This document shows positions 1 to 7,074 of a DNA stretch of 16,355 bases, in pieces (the stretch's first letter is position 1; each line of letters opens with the position of its first letter). Below the pieces are notes generated by a model. That model was not told the origin of the DNA and searched no databases. It saw nothing but the letters and a program-made list of their open reading frames with translations. The stretch comes from a virus: positions 1-16,355 of IMG/VR virus record IMGVR_UViG_3300029822_000764; one strand, given 5' to 3'. Position numbers and translations under genes: made by a program.

Positions 1-86
1 AGATAGTTATACAAAAGAAGAAGTAGAGAAATTGTTTACTGACTATGAGAGCAATTACAATACTAAAATATTGGATTTTGAAGCAA
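1..86. repeat. Terminal overlap, copy 1 (identical to 16270-16355)
   Basis: All 86 nt (AGATAGTTATACAAAAGAAGAAGTAGAG...TTGGATTTTGAAGCAA) match nt 16270-16355 base for base. The overlap lies inside one uninterrupted reading frame, so it looks like the overlap of a circular assembly rather than a biological terminal repeat. Confidence 0.9.
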
Positions 87-421
87 GGATAAAGGATGCA
101 GATGCAAAGATACAGGCAGGAGCCAAACAAGCAGAACAATTAAAACTTTTAACTAAGAGTAATTTAGAAAATAGTATAAAAGTTGAGATGCTGAAGCAGG
201 GACTCGATGAAGATATGTTTGATTTAGTAGTAGATAGTCCAGATATTGCTGCGGCCAATAAAAAGATTGAAAAATTAGTGGCCATTAATAAAAAAAATAC
301 CATTAGTGAGGGTTACAGGCCACAAGAACATAATACTGTTAATAACGCCTATGAAGAAGCTAAAAACAAAGGTGATGTAGGCAGTATGTTAAAAGCTAAA
401 ATGAGTAAATTATTTCAGTAG
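1..421 (+). CDS. Phage scaffolding protein, 3' portion (gene starts at ATG 16256 and crosses the junction; full length 144 aa)
   Basis: Codons 2-4, 5-7 and onward continue the ORF begun at 16256 (MKFDKDSYTKEEVEKLFTDYESNYNTKILDFEARIKDADAKIQ...). The TTG at 32 in the ORF track is an internal Leu codon created by the window edge. The protein is highly charged and helical or coiled-coil-like, and it sits directly upstream of the major capsid gene. It resembles Phage_GP20/DUF4355-type scaffold proteins (by eye). Confidence 0.7.
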   Translation, partial: DSYTKEEVEKLFTDYESNYNTKILDFEARIKDADAKIQAGAKQAEQLKLLTKSNLENSIKVEMLKQGLDEDMFDLVVDSPDIAAANKKIEKLVAINKKNTISEGYRPQEHNTVNNAYEEAKNKGDVGSMLKAKMSKLFQ

Positions 422-492
422 TTTATACAGTGGATAATATCCACCGTTGAATATAATAAAAAATAAATAAAATTTAAGGAGAATGATAATAA

Positions 493-1377
493 ATGATAAA
501 AACAAGTGATTTTTTAAGTTTAGAAAACGTTGATTTAATGGCAGAGTTAGGCGTGGCACAACCTCTTGATACTCCTCTCTCAACACTTTTACTAGGAAGA
601 AACCAATATGATAAAGAAACTTCATATTTGGTTAACTGGAGAGAAAAGACACTGGACACCACTTCTGATATTAGTCAAGTCGAAGGTAGTGAGACTACAG
701 TTTTTCAAACATCTACTAGAGCAGAGAAATTAAATTACTGTGAAATATTTAAAAAAGCAGTAAGTGTATCAGGAACCGCAGAAGCTTCCAGTATTACAGG
801 AATTTCAGATTTATATACTTCTGAAATGGCTGATAGATTGGTAGAATTAAAAGTTAATTTAGAAGATAAAATAATCAATGGAACAAAAAATGATGGTAGT
901 TTAACTCCATTTATAAGACGTATGGATGGTTTATTACAGTTTGTTTATAGTGAAAATGCTGTAACAGATGCAGGAGCATTGACAGAAGCTTTATTTAAAA
1001 GCACAGTAAAAAAATTATGGGATAATGGATTAGGCAGTAATGGTTACATATGTATGGTTAATTCTGACTTTAAAGAATTAATAGACGGATTTTATAATAC
1101 ACAATATAACTACAATGCACCTACAGGGCAATTTGGACTTGTTGCTAATCAGATAAATACAAACTATGGACAGGTTCAGTTAATTTTAAATAGACATATG
1201 CCTGTAGATAAATTAGTAGTATTTGATCCTACATATGTAAGATTAGGATTCCTAAGACCTGTATTTTCAGAAATTCTTGGTAAAACAGGAGATAGTGTAA
1301 AAGGACAGGTTATTGGTGAAGCAACATTAAAAGTATTAAACACAAAAGCAGTAGCAACATTCACAAAAACAGCATAA
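493..1377 (+). CDS. Major capsid protein (HK97 fold, DUF5309/SU10-like family by eye)
   Basis: This 294-aa ORF lies right after the scaffold gene, with an AAGGAG upstream. Its sequence style is typical of this capsid family (N-terminal ...LSLENVDLMAELGVAQPLDTPLSTLL, C-terminal ...GQVIGEATLKVLNTKAVATFT). A strong terminator follows it. Confidence 0.8.
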   Translation: MIKTSDFLSLENVDLMAELGVAQPLDTPLSTLLLGRNQYDKETSYLVNWREKTLDTTSDISQVEGSETTVFQTSTRAEKLNYCEIFKKAVSVSGTAEASSITGISDLYTSEMADRLVELKVNLEDKIINGTKNDGSLTPFIRRMDGLLQFVYSENAVTDAGALTEALFKSTVKKLWDNGLGSNGYICMVNSDFKELIDGFYNTQYNYNAPTGQFGLVANQINTNYGQVQLILNRHMPVDKLVVFDPTYVRLGFLRPVFSEILGKTGDSVKGQVIGEATLKVLNTKAVATFTKTA

Positions 1378-1380
1378 TTA

Positions 1381-1411
1381 AACAGGGGAATTTAACTCCC
1401 TTGTTTTTTTA
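1381..1411 (+). terminator. Rho-independent terminator after the capsid gene
   Basis: AACAGGGGA (1381-1389) pairs with TCCCTTGTT (1397-1405): 9 bp with one G-U, and a 7-nt loop. A T7 run follows. Confidence 0.8.
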
Positions 1412-1441
1412 TTATAAATTAAATGATTAGGAGGAAATTAT

Positions 1442-1597
1442 ATGGACATAGTAGAGATTTCTAAAAATGGATTAGATAAAGAAATTTACACAAAAGAAGA
1501 AGTAAAACAAATATGTGAGCAATATTTATCTTTAATTTTTAGATTAGAAGATGTAATGCTGCAAGAGCAAAAATTATTAAAAAAAGCAATTAATTAA
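1442..1597 (+). CDS. Small 51-aa protein sharing the N-terminal motif of the scaffold protein
   Basis: It is not in the ORF track because it is under 60 aa. AGGAGG lies 7 nt upstream of ATG 1442. Translation: MDIVEISKNGLDKEIYTKEEVKQICEQYLSLIFRLEDVMLQEQKLLKKAIN. DKEIYTKEEVKQICEQY aligns with scaffold DKDSYTKEEVEKLFTDY (9 of 17 identical; 15 identical nt ACAAAAGAAGAAGTA). Confidence 0.5.
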   Translation: MDIVEISKNGLDKEIYTKEEVKQICEQYLSLIFRLEDVMLQEQKLLKKAIN

Positions 1598-1691
1598 GTA
1601 AATTAAAGGAGTGTTTTTGAGTGATTAGAGAGATAAAAAATAAATTAATTTTAAGAAAGAAAGGTGAAATTATGAATTTTGATAGTGCTTA

Positions 1692-1727
1692 ATCTACTCT
1701 TCTTTTTTGGAGAGTATAAGAGTAGAT
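1692..1727. other. Perfect 10-bp hairpin without a U-tract on either strand
   Basis: ATCTACTCTT (1692-1701) pairs with AAGAGTAGAT (1718-1727) around a 16-nt loop. The flanks are not T-rich on either strand, so it is not a canonical terminator. Confidence 0.4.
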
Positions 1728-1798
1728 AAAAAGTATAAAAATTAAATAATAAATATAAAGAAGAGTTAGGATTTTAACTATTAAAAATTCTAACAATT

Positions 1799-2605
1799 AT
1801 GAATAATAAAATAAAAAAACAATATCCTGAATGGATAAATAATGGAGTTAAATATGATAGTTGCTTAACAGATGACCTTGACAGTTTCTTTAGTTGTTTA
1901 CTATTAGAAAAAACACTAAATTATAAAATAACACATTTTTATAGTTTCGATAAGTTATATGAAGATATTACATATGTAAAAGACAGGCAATTAATAGGTG
2001 TTGATATGGATATGGTAAAATTTAACGCATGGGGGAATCACGTCTTAAAGAGTTATAATCCAAATTCTGCAAACATTAATAATATTTTAAGAATCGGGAC
2101 TGATACATATAAGTGGAAATACGCAGGAAGTGTTTTGCTCCAGATAATTAGTTACTATGATTTAGATATAAGTATGTTAACAGAAGAATGTTTAATGATT
2201 TTATTGGCTGTGGACACCACATTTAAAATGTATGGTTTTGATAAATCTAATTGCAGGAGATACCTAGTAGATATATTGGAATTACCAGAACTATATAAAC
2301 TATGTGAAAAACACAAACGAAATGAATTTTATAACTTAATAACAAAATATAATTTACATAAGAAAATATTTATAAATAAAGATGGCATGTTACAAACTGA
2401 AATTGATTTAAAATCATTAGAAGTTTTGTTTAATATGTCTTTTGTTTTACCCAAAAATCAATTTAAATTAATTAAAAATTATACAAACATTGGTTTAACT
2501 GCATATCAATATGATTTAAAAAAAGATGAATTTAAGGAACAGGGTAAAACATTATTCACAAAGGCATGGACTAGCAATTATTATATTAAATTATCTTATT
2601 ATTAA
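1799..2605 (+). CDS. Hypothetical protein, 268 aa (acidic motif clusters DDLD, VDMD, GNH, AVD)
   Basis: This is a long ORF in AT-rich DNA, which is unlikely by chance. There is no Shine-Dalgarno sequence before ATG 1799, and an in-frame stop at 1775 rules out an upstream start. I cannot recognise any family by eye. Confidence 0.6.
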   Translation: MNNKIKKQYPEWINNGVKYDSCLTDDLDSFFSCLLLEKTLNYKITHFYSFDKLYEDITYVKDRQLIGVDMDMVKFNAWGNHVLKSYNPNSANINNILRIGTDTYKWKYAGSVLLQIISYYDLDISMLTEECLMILLAVDTTFKMYGFDKSNCRRYLVDILELPELYKLCEKHKRNEFYNLITKYNLHKKIFINKDGMLQTEIDLKSLEVLFNMSFVLPKNQFKLIKNYTNIGLTAYQYDLKKDEFKEQGKTLFTKAWTSNYYIKLSYY

Positions 2606-2630
2606 TTAAATATAGAAAGGAAGAAATTAT

Positions 2631-3131
2631 ATGACAATAACTAAAATGTTAAAAGAAATTAATGAAGCAGTAAGTATAGGACAGCAAATTGTATTGGATG
2701 GAGAAACAGGCCTAATGGAAGTTTTGTTTTGTAATGGACAAATGATTTTAAAAATACAAGATGGACAAGAATGTTTTAATTATAGCTGTAAAGTAACTAA
2801 TGAAAATTCTATCTCGAATCTTATTATACAAGAATTAATAAATGAAATATACCAAAAGGACTTATTGCCCAGAAAATATGAAATAAAAAGAATTAAAAAA
2901 TATTTGGATAGACAATTAGAAAGAATTTTTAAGTGGAAAGCAAAAATTGTTATGATGAAAAAACAAAAAGTTTATGATTTTGGACTGGAGCATAAAGTTA
3001 CACAAAAGCTAAATGAAATAAATGAAAACATATATATTAATTGGAAAACAATGGATGATATTAAGGCGGATTTATATGAGTATGAAGTTTTCAAGGATAT
3101 ATTGTTTCAATCTTTAAAAGAATTACCATAG
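2631..3131 (+). CDS. Hypothetical protein, 166 aa, with a Lys/Glu-rich helical C-terminal half
   Basis: GAAAGGAAG lies upstream of ATG 2631, 25 nt after the previous stop, so it probably forms an operon with 1799-2605. A terminator follows. Confidence 0.65.
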   Translation: MTITKMLKEINEAVSIGQQIVLDGETGLMEVLFCNGQMILKIQDGQECFNYSCKVTNENSISNLIIQELINEIYQKDLLPRKYEIKRIKKYLDRQLERIFKWKAKIVMMKKQKVYDFGLEHKVTQKLNEINENIYINWKTMDDIKADLYEYEVFKDILFQSLKELP

Positions 3132-3152
3132 TACATAAATTAATTAATAAAC

Positions 3153-3189
3153 GGAGTGTCCTCCTGTAATGAGGATGCTCCTATTTTTA
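3153..3189 (+). terminator. Rho-independent terminator closing the 1799-3131 cassette
   Basis: GGAGTGTCCTC pairs with GAGGATGCTCC: 11 bp including two G-U pairs, with a 7-nt loop. TATTTTTAT follows. Confidence 0.7.
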
Positions 3190-3209
3190 TATAAAGGAGA
3201 GATTAAACA

Positions 3210-3389
3210 ATGATTAATTTTAATATTAATAAAAAATATTTGGCTGATGCGTTGAGTTGGCTGGGCTTTAGATATTACAAATACAACACAAGTTCTGGAG
3301 TTATTTATTCCTTTGAAAGGACAGACGAATTTCTGGAAGCCATGAAACAACTAATTGAATTTAAAAAAATATATGGAAAAAAGTATTAG
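3210..3389 (+). CDS. Small 59-aa protein, DUF5659-like (by eye)
   Basis: AAAGGAGAG lies 8 nt upstream of ATG 3210. Translation: MINFNINKKYLADALSWLGFRYYKYNTSSGVIYSFERTDEFLEAMKQLIEFKKIYGKKY. The pattern L..L...GF......G..Y.FE.T.EF.EA is typical of small Firmicute phage and plasmid proteins of that family. I prefer it to the overlapping minus-strand ORF 3144-3350. Confidence 0.5.
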   Translation: MINFNINKKYLADALSWLGFRYYKYNTSSGVIYSFERTDEFLEAMKQLIEFKKIYGKKY

Positions 3390-3580
3390 TACACGCCCAG
3401 TATAAATATGTGTAAGAACTCTAAAGAAACACATCAAAAAATATATAGTAAATAATCTTAAAAATATAATAAATATCAATAAAAAATAAGTATTAAAAAT
3501 CAAAAATAAAATTTCCCGACTTTAAGAAATAAGAAATACAAAATATTAAAAAATTAATTATATAAGGAGATAAAAAAATT

Positions 3581-4531
3581 ATGATACATACAATTGAGTA
3601 TGCAACAATTATGATAGATGATATTGAATTAATAAAAGATAATTTCAAGATAACAAAAGAAGAAAAACAATTAGTATATTATAGAAAATATAGGGCATTA
3701 GATTTTAAATATTATCAAGTATATAATGTATTACATATAAAAATAAACTTAAATAGATTATTAGATAAAGATGTAATAGTGGAAGGTGATTATTCTAAAG
3801 TATTAAAAGAATATAAGAAACAATTTTATGAGTTTGGATTCTACTGGACTAATCCAACTTATCAATTAAATCGAGTGGATTATAAGAGTGATATAATTAC
3901 AGAAAATAAGGATATATATATAAAATTATTGAAAAAGGCATCTAATAATTATCGTGCATTAAAACAATATAGTAAATATAAATCTTCTGTCTATTATAAT
4001 TCTAAAAGCATGAATATAAATGTTTATGATAAAGAGCAAGAATTAATTGATACAGATAGTGAATTATTAGTTGATATTAATAAATATAAAAATATGTTAA
4101 GATTTGAAGTTCAACTAAAAAGAAATAAATTATATTATTTAGAAAAGACATGGGGACAGACCAGAGAATTAGTAAATTATTTTCATCAAAAAGATCACGA
4201 TTACTGGATTAATTATGCTTTAAAAAAAATAATATATTGTGGTGATTATTATAATTTATATCACAGCAAAAAAATCTTGCAGGAGCATTACAGTAAAAGT
4301 ATGGTGGGCAAACTAACTGAATTGCAAAAAGACATTTCTATAAATGGAATTAGTGAAGCAAAGAAAAATTATACAAGTGCAACATTCAATAATCATATCA
4401 AGAAATTAGAATCTGTGGTTAATCCTATATTAATACCAAAAGGCGAGGGCATAACACATTTAAAGAACATATTTAATTTTACAGATGAAAATATTTATCT
4501 ATTAAATGAATATTGTTTAAGAGCATCTTAA
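3581..4531 (+). CDS. Rep_trans-like protein (rolling-circle replication initiator or MOB_T-relaxase-like), 316 aa
   Basis: AAGGAG lies upstream. Three spaced motifs recall the Rep_trans / phage CRI layout (R.D...D, Y.K, R.E.Q): LNRVDYKSDI (aa 96-105), NINVYDKEQE (aa 145-154) and LRFEVQLKR (aa 173-181). The ORF itself is solid, but the family call is by eye only. Confidence 0.5.
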   Translation: MIHTIEYATIMIDDIELIKDNFKITKEEKQLVYYRKYRALDFKYYQVYNVLHIKINLNRLLDKDVIVEGDYSKVLKEYKKQFYEFGFYWTNPTYQLNRVDYKSDIITENKDIYIKLLKKASNNYRALKQYSKYKSSVYYNSKSMNINVYDKEQELIDTDSELLVDINKYKNMLRFEVQLKRNKLYYLEKTWGQTRELVNYFHQKDHDYWINYALKKIIYCGDYYNLYHSKKILQEHYSKSMVGKLTELQKDISINGISEAKKNYTSATFNNHIKKLESVVNPILIPKGEGITHLKNIFNFTDENIYLLNEYCLRAS

Positions 4532-4616
4532 GCCATTTTAAGGTGTACAAGGTATATAAACATACAATACTATTTGTTTTATATAAAATTACATATACAT
4601 AAACATATAAAAATTA

Positions 4617-4649
4617 TAGGTGGGCGTAAATTCCCATCTATTTTATTTA
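4617..4649 (+). terminator. Rho-independent terminator after 3581-4531
   Basis: TAGGTGGG (4617-4624) pairs with CCCATCTA (4633-4640): 8 bp with one G-U, and an 8-nt loop. TTTTATTTA follows. Confidence 0.6.
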
Positions 4650-4718
4650 TATAACCGATTCCTTTAAACGGATTCGGTGCATTATTGTCAGACAAATAAT
4701 AAAGAAAGGAACGATTAT

Positions 4719-4949
4719 ATGGAAGCAATATTTACACAAATAATTAATAGTAGTCCAATACTAGGAGTAATGTTAGTGTTCTGGTATTTTAACAGACAAG
4801 ATTATAAAAGTTTTGTTGATAGAGTCCAGGCAGAAAATGCAAATAGAGAAAAGAATTATCAAGATACAATCACAACATTATCTAATAATTTAAATATTGT
4901 GAAAGATGTGCAGCAGGATATAGAAGAAATAAAATATAAATTAAAATAA
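4719..4949 (+). CDS. BhlA/UviB-family holin-like small membrane protein (76 aa from ATG 4719)
   Basis: Translation: MEAIFTQIINSSPILGVMLVFWYFNRQDYKSFVDRVQAENANREKNYQDTITTLSNNLNIVKDVQQDIEEIKYKLK. It has one N-terminal TM helix and a charged coiled C-terminus ending in an ..D.EEIK.KL pattern, as in B. subtilis BhlA and C. perfringens UviB. ATG 4719 has a GAAAGGA RBS. The GTG 4677 in the track has none and sits in a hairpin. Confidence 0.7.
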   Translation: MEAIFTQIINSSPILGVMLVFWYFNRQDYKSFVDRVQAENANREKNYQDTITTLSNNLNIVKDVQQDIEEIKYKLK

Positions 4950-4973
4950 ATTATATGGAAAGGAAGTAATTAA

Positions 4974-5396
4974 ATGGCTAGAAATAATTTTAGAGAAGAA
5001 TTAAACAAACTAGCTAAAAAAAACAGGAAGAAATTTTTATATTTTTGCTTCATAAATAAGATTGATAATATAACAATTAAGTATTCTCAAATAAATAGGG
5101 ATGAATTTATGAGCAGATGGAATTTTAGTGAAATTTCTATGGAAACATTCAAACAATGGGAAGGTTCACAGGAATATCAAAATTTATATGGGTTGCTAAT
5201 GGAAATCAGGAGCAATAAAGATTTATATGATATTTATAATGTTGTAAGGGAAAAGGCGTTAAGTGGAGATGATAAAGCAGTAAAAACCTTTTTAGTATTA
5301 AGAAAAGAATTAAAAAATAAAACAATAAATGTAAATGTTGTAGAAGATAAAGAAGAAGGACAACAAGAAGAAGATTCATTGGATATTTCAGAATAG
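4974..5396 (+). CDS. Putative terminase small subunit (assigned by position)
   Basis: This 140-aa ORF has an AAAGGAAG RBS and lies immediately upstream of the large terminase. It has a basic N-terminus, a helical middle and an acidic tail. The only support is synteny and size. Confidence 0.45.
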   Translation: MARNNFREELNKLAKKNRKKFLYFCFINKIDNITIKYSQINRDEFMSRWNFSEISMETFKQWEGSQEYQNLYGLLMEIRSNKDLYDIYNVVREKALSGDDKAVKTFLVLRKELKNKTINVNVVEDKEEGQQEEDSLDISE

Positions 5397-5406
5397 GAGG
5401 AATTAA

Positions 5407-6972
5407 GTGAATATTACACATGATCAGAAATTAGAAAAAATAAATAATAATGCTATTTTGTGGTTAAAGAATTTTGTTAAGATAGTGGACAATCATTCTC
5501 AATTAATTCCATTTAAAGCAAATGACCAACAAAAAAATTTTATAAAGAATATGGGCAAGTTTAATATTATTGGTAAGGGTAGGCAACAAGGATTTACAAC
5601 AGTTTCTTTAGGACTTATGTTGTGGATAGCAATTACAAAGCCAAATTCACAATGCCTTATGTTATCTTATAGTGGGGATTCGGTAAGGGACATATTCACA
5701 AAATTACAAAATATGTATTTATCAATTCCAGAAAAATATACAGTAAAATCAACTAAATTTAATAGACATGAATTATCCTTAGAGAATGGAAGTAGGATAA
5801 GAAATGCAACTGTAGGAACAAAAGAATTAGGTAGGAGTGGGACATTTAGTTATATACACTGTACAGAGTTCGGATACTGGACTAATGAACAAGATACAAA
5901 AGGTTTACTAGGTTTAGAGCAATCACTGGCAAAAGATAAAGATTCGAAGATCATTATTGAATCGACAGCAAACGGTCTAGGCAACAATTATTATAGATTA
6001 TTTACTAATGCTTATAAAGGACATAGTAAATATAAAGCTTTCTTTTATCCTTGGCATGAGAACAAAACAGCATTTTATGATGATTATAAAGAAGCAGAAG
6101 CATGGTATAAATCCACTAATCATGGGGTGAGGTTGTCCGTTGGGGACTTAACACCTTATGAAAAAGGATTATATGATAAAAATTGCTCTCTACTCCAAAT
6201 TATGTGGAGACAATGGAAATTATTAGATACACCTAAAGATCAATTTTCACAGGAATATCCTGCAACACCTGACGAGATGTTTATTAGTTCAGATGTTGGT
6301 GTATTTGATGCAGATACAATTACAGAGAGATATAATTATCTTCCTCCAATTATGAATATTAAGGAGATAAAAGAATTGCCTAATAGTTTAAGAATTTATT
6401 ATGGTAATGGATTAAATATATATAAAGATATAAAGAAAACTGAAAGATATTTTGGTGGTATAGATACAGGAGCAGGATTAAAGGGTGATTATAGTTCTAT
6501 ATGTATATTAGATAGTTCAGGAGAACAGGTTGCAACATTCAATAGAAATGATGTGCCTGTTTATAAATTTGCAAAAATATGTTATGACTTAGGATATTAT
6601 TTTAATTATTGCTTATATTTACCAGAAAGAAATACATATGGATTAGATTTAATTACTAGATTAAGGAAAGAAATGGGATATATACAAATTCTAAAGATTA
6701 AACGGTTCGATAAAATAAAAGGTGAAAAAACATATGATTATGGCTGGTATACTGACAATGTAAGCAAAAGTAAATTAGTTATGGACTTTAAAGAAGCTTT
6801 TGAGGAAGGTATGGTACTTGTGAATGATAGAAATACATTAGACCAGATGAGAATATTTCAAGAAAAGAATGGTTCATTCGGAAATTCTAAAGGTTCACAG
6901 AATCATGATGACTTAGTCGATAGTTATTGTCTAGCAATACAAGCACTAAAGAGTGGCAAGTCATATATTTAA
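5407..6972 (+). CDS. terL: Terminase large subunit
   Basis: AGGAGG lies 6 nt before GTG 5407. It has a Walker A-like GKGRQQGFTT and a Walker B/catalytic YIHCTEF. RNase H-like nuclease motifs are present (GGIDTGAG..DYSSICILD and a terminal HDDLVDSY). At 521 aa the size is typical. Confidence 0.9.
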   Translation: MNITHDQKLEKINNNAILWLKNFVKIVDNHSQLIPFKANDQQKNFIKNMGKFNIIGKGRQQGFTTVSLGLMLWIAITKPNSQCLMLSYSGDSVRDIFTKLQNMYLSIPEKYTVKSTKFNRHELSLENGSRIRNATVGTKELGRSGTFSYIHCTEFGYWTNEQDTKGLLGLEQSLAKDKDSKIIIESTANGLGNNYYRLFTNAYKGHSKYKAFFYPWHENKTAFYDDYKEAEAWYKSTNHGVRLSVGDLTPYEKGLYDKNCSLLQIMWRQWKLLDTPKDQFSQEYPATPDEMFISSDVGVFDADTITERYNYLPPIMNIKEIKELPNSLRIYYGNGLNIYKDIKKTERYFGGIDTGAGLKGDYSSICILDSSGEQVATFNRNDVPVYKFAKICYDLGYYFNYCLYLPERNTYGLDLITRLRKEMGYIQILKIKRFDKIKGEKTYDYGWYTDNVSKSKLVMDFKEAFEEGMVLVNDRNTLDQMRIFQEKNGSFGNSKGSQNHDDLVDSYCLAIQALKSGKSYI

Positions 6973-7074
6973 TATTTACAATTGTGGGAATTTCCACTTT
7001 TGCAAAAACCAACAGATTTAATATCTAGGGGTAGCTTGAAGCGACACCTAAAATAATAAGAAAGGAATGATCGT

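Noticed and set aside
1-86. The 86-nt end repeat as a biological direct terminal repeat or LTR of a mobile element.
   Set aside because: It falls in the middle of an open reading frame that is only complete when the ends are joined. An assembler overlap of a circular molecule is the simpler explanation. Read-level data would be needed to be certain.
55-303. Minus-strand and out-of-frame shadow ORFs in the track: 55-303, 410-625, 474-662, 1176-1364, 5206-5421, 7302-7484, 7812-8120, 9669-9908, 10199-10669, 11072-11260 (all -), and 12039-12254 (+).
   Set aside because: Each lies antisense to, or overlaps, a much longer ORF with a recognisable function and an RBS. Their translations are low-complexity and hydrophobic (Leu/Phe/Ile/Ser-rich), as expected for the reverse frame of AT-rich genes. 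None has a Shine-Dalgarno sequence.
1621-1692. Possible 23-aa mini-ORF (GTG 1621, VIREIKNKLILRKKGEIMNFDSA) after an AAAGGAG.
   Set aside because: It is too short, has a non-ATG start and has no recognisable features. It cannot be supported from sequence alone, though it may be a leader peptide next to the 1692-1727 hairpin.
3144-3350. Minus-strand 68-aa ORF in the spacer after 2631-3131.
   Set aside because: It overlaps the terminator hairpin and has no RBS. The + strand carries a 59-aa ORF (3210-3389) with a strong AAAGGAGAG RBS and a recognisable small-protein pattern.
4677-4718. GTG 4677 as the start of the holin-like gene (track call).
   Set aside because: There is no RBS and the added residues (MHYCQTNNKERNDY) sit in hairpin-forming spacer DNA. 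ATG 4719 has GAAAGGA upstream and gives the canonical BhlA/UviB length.
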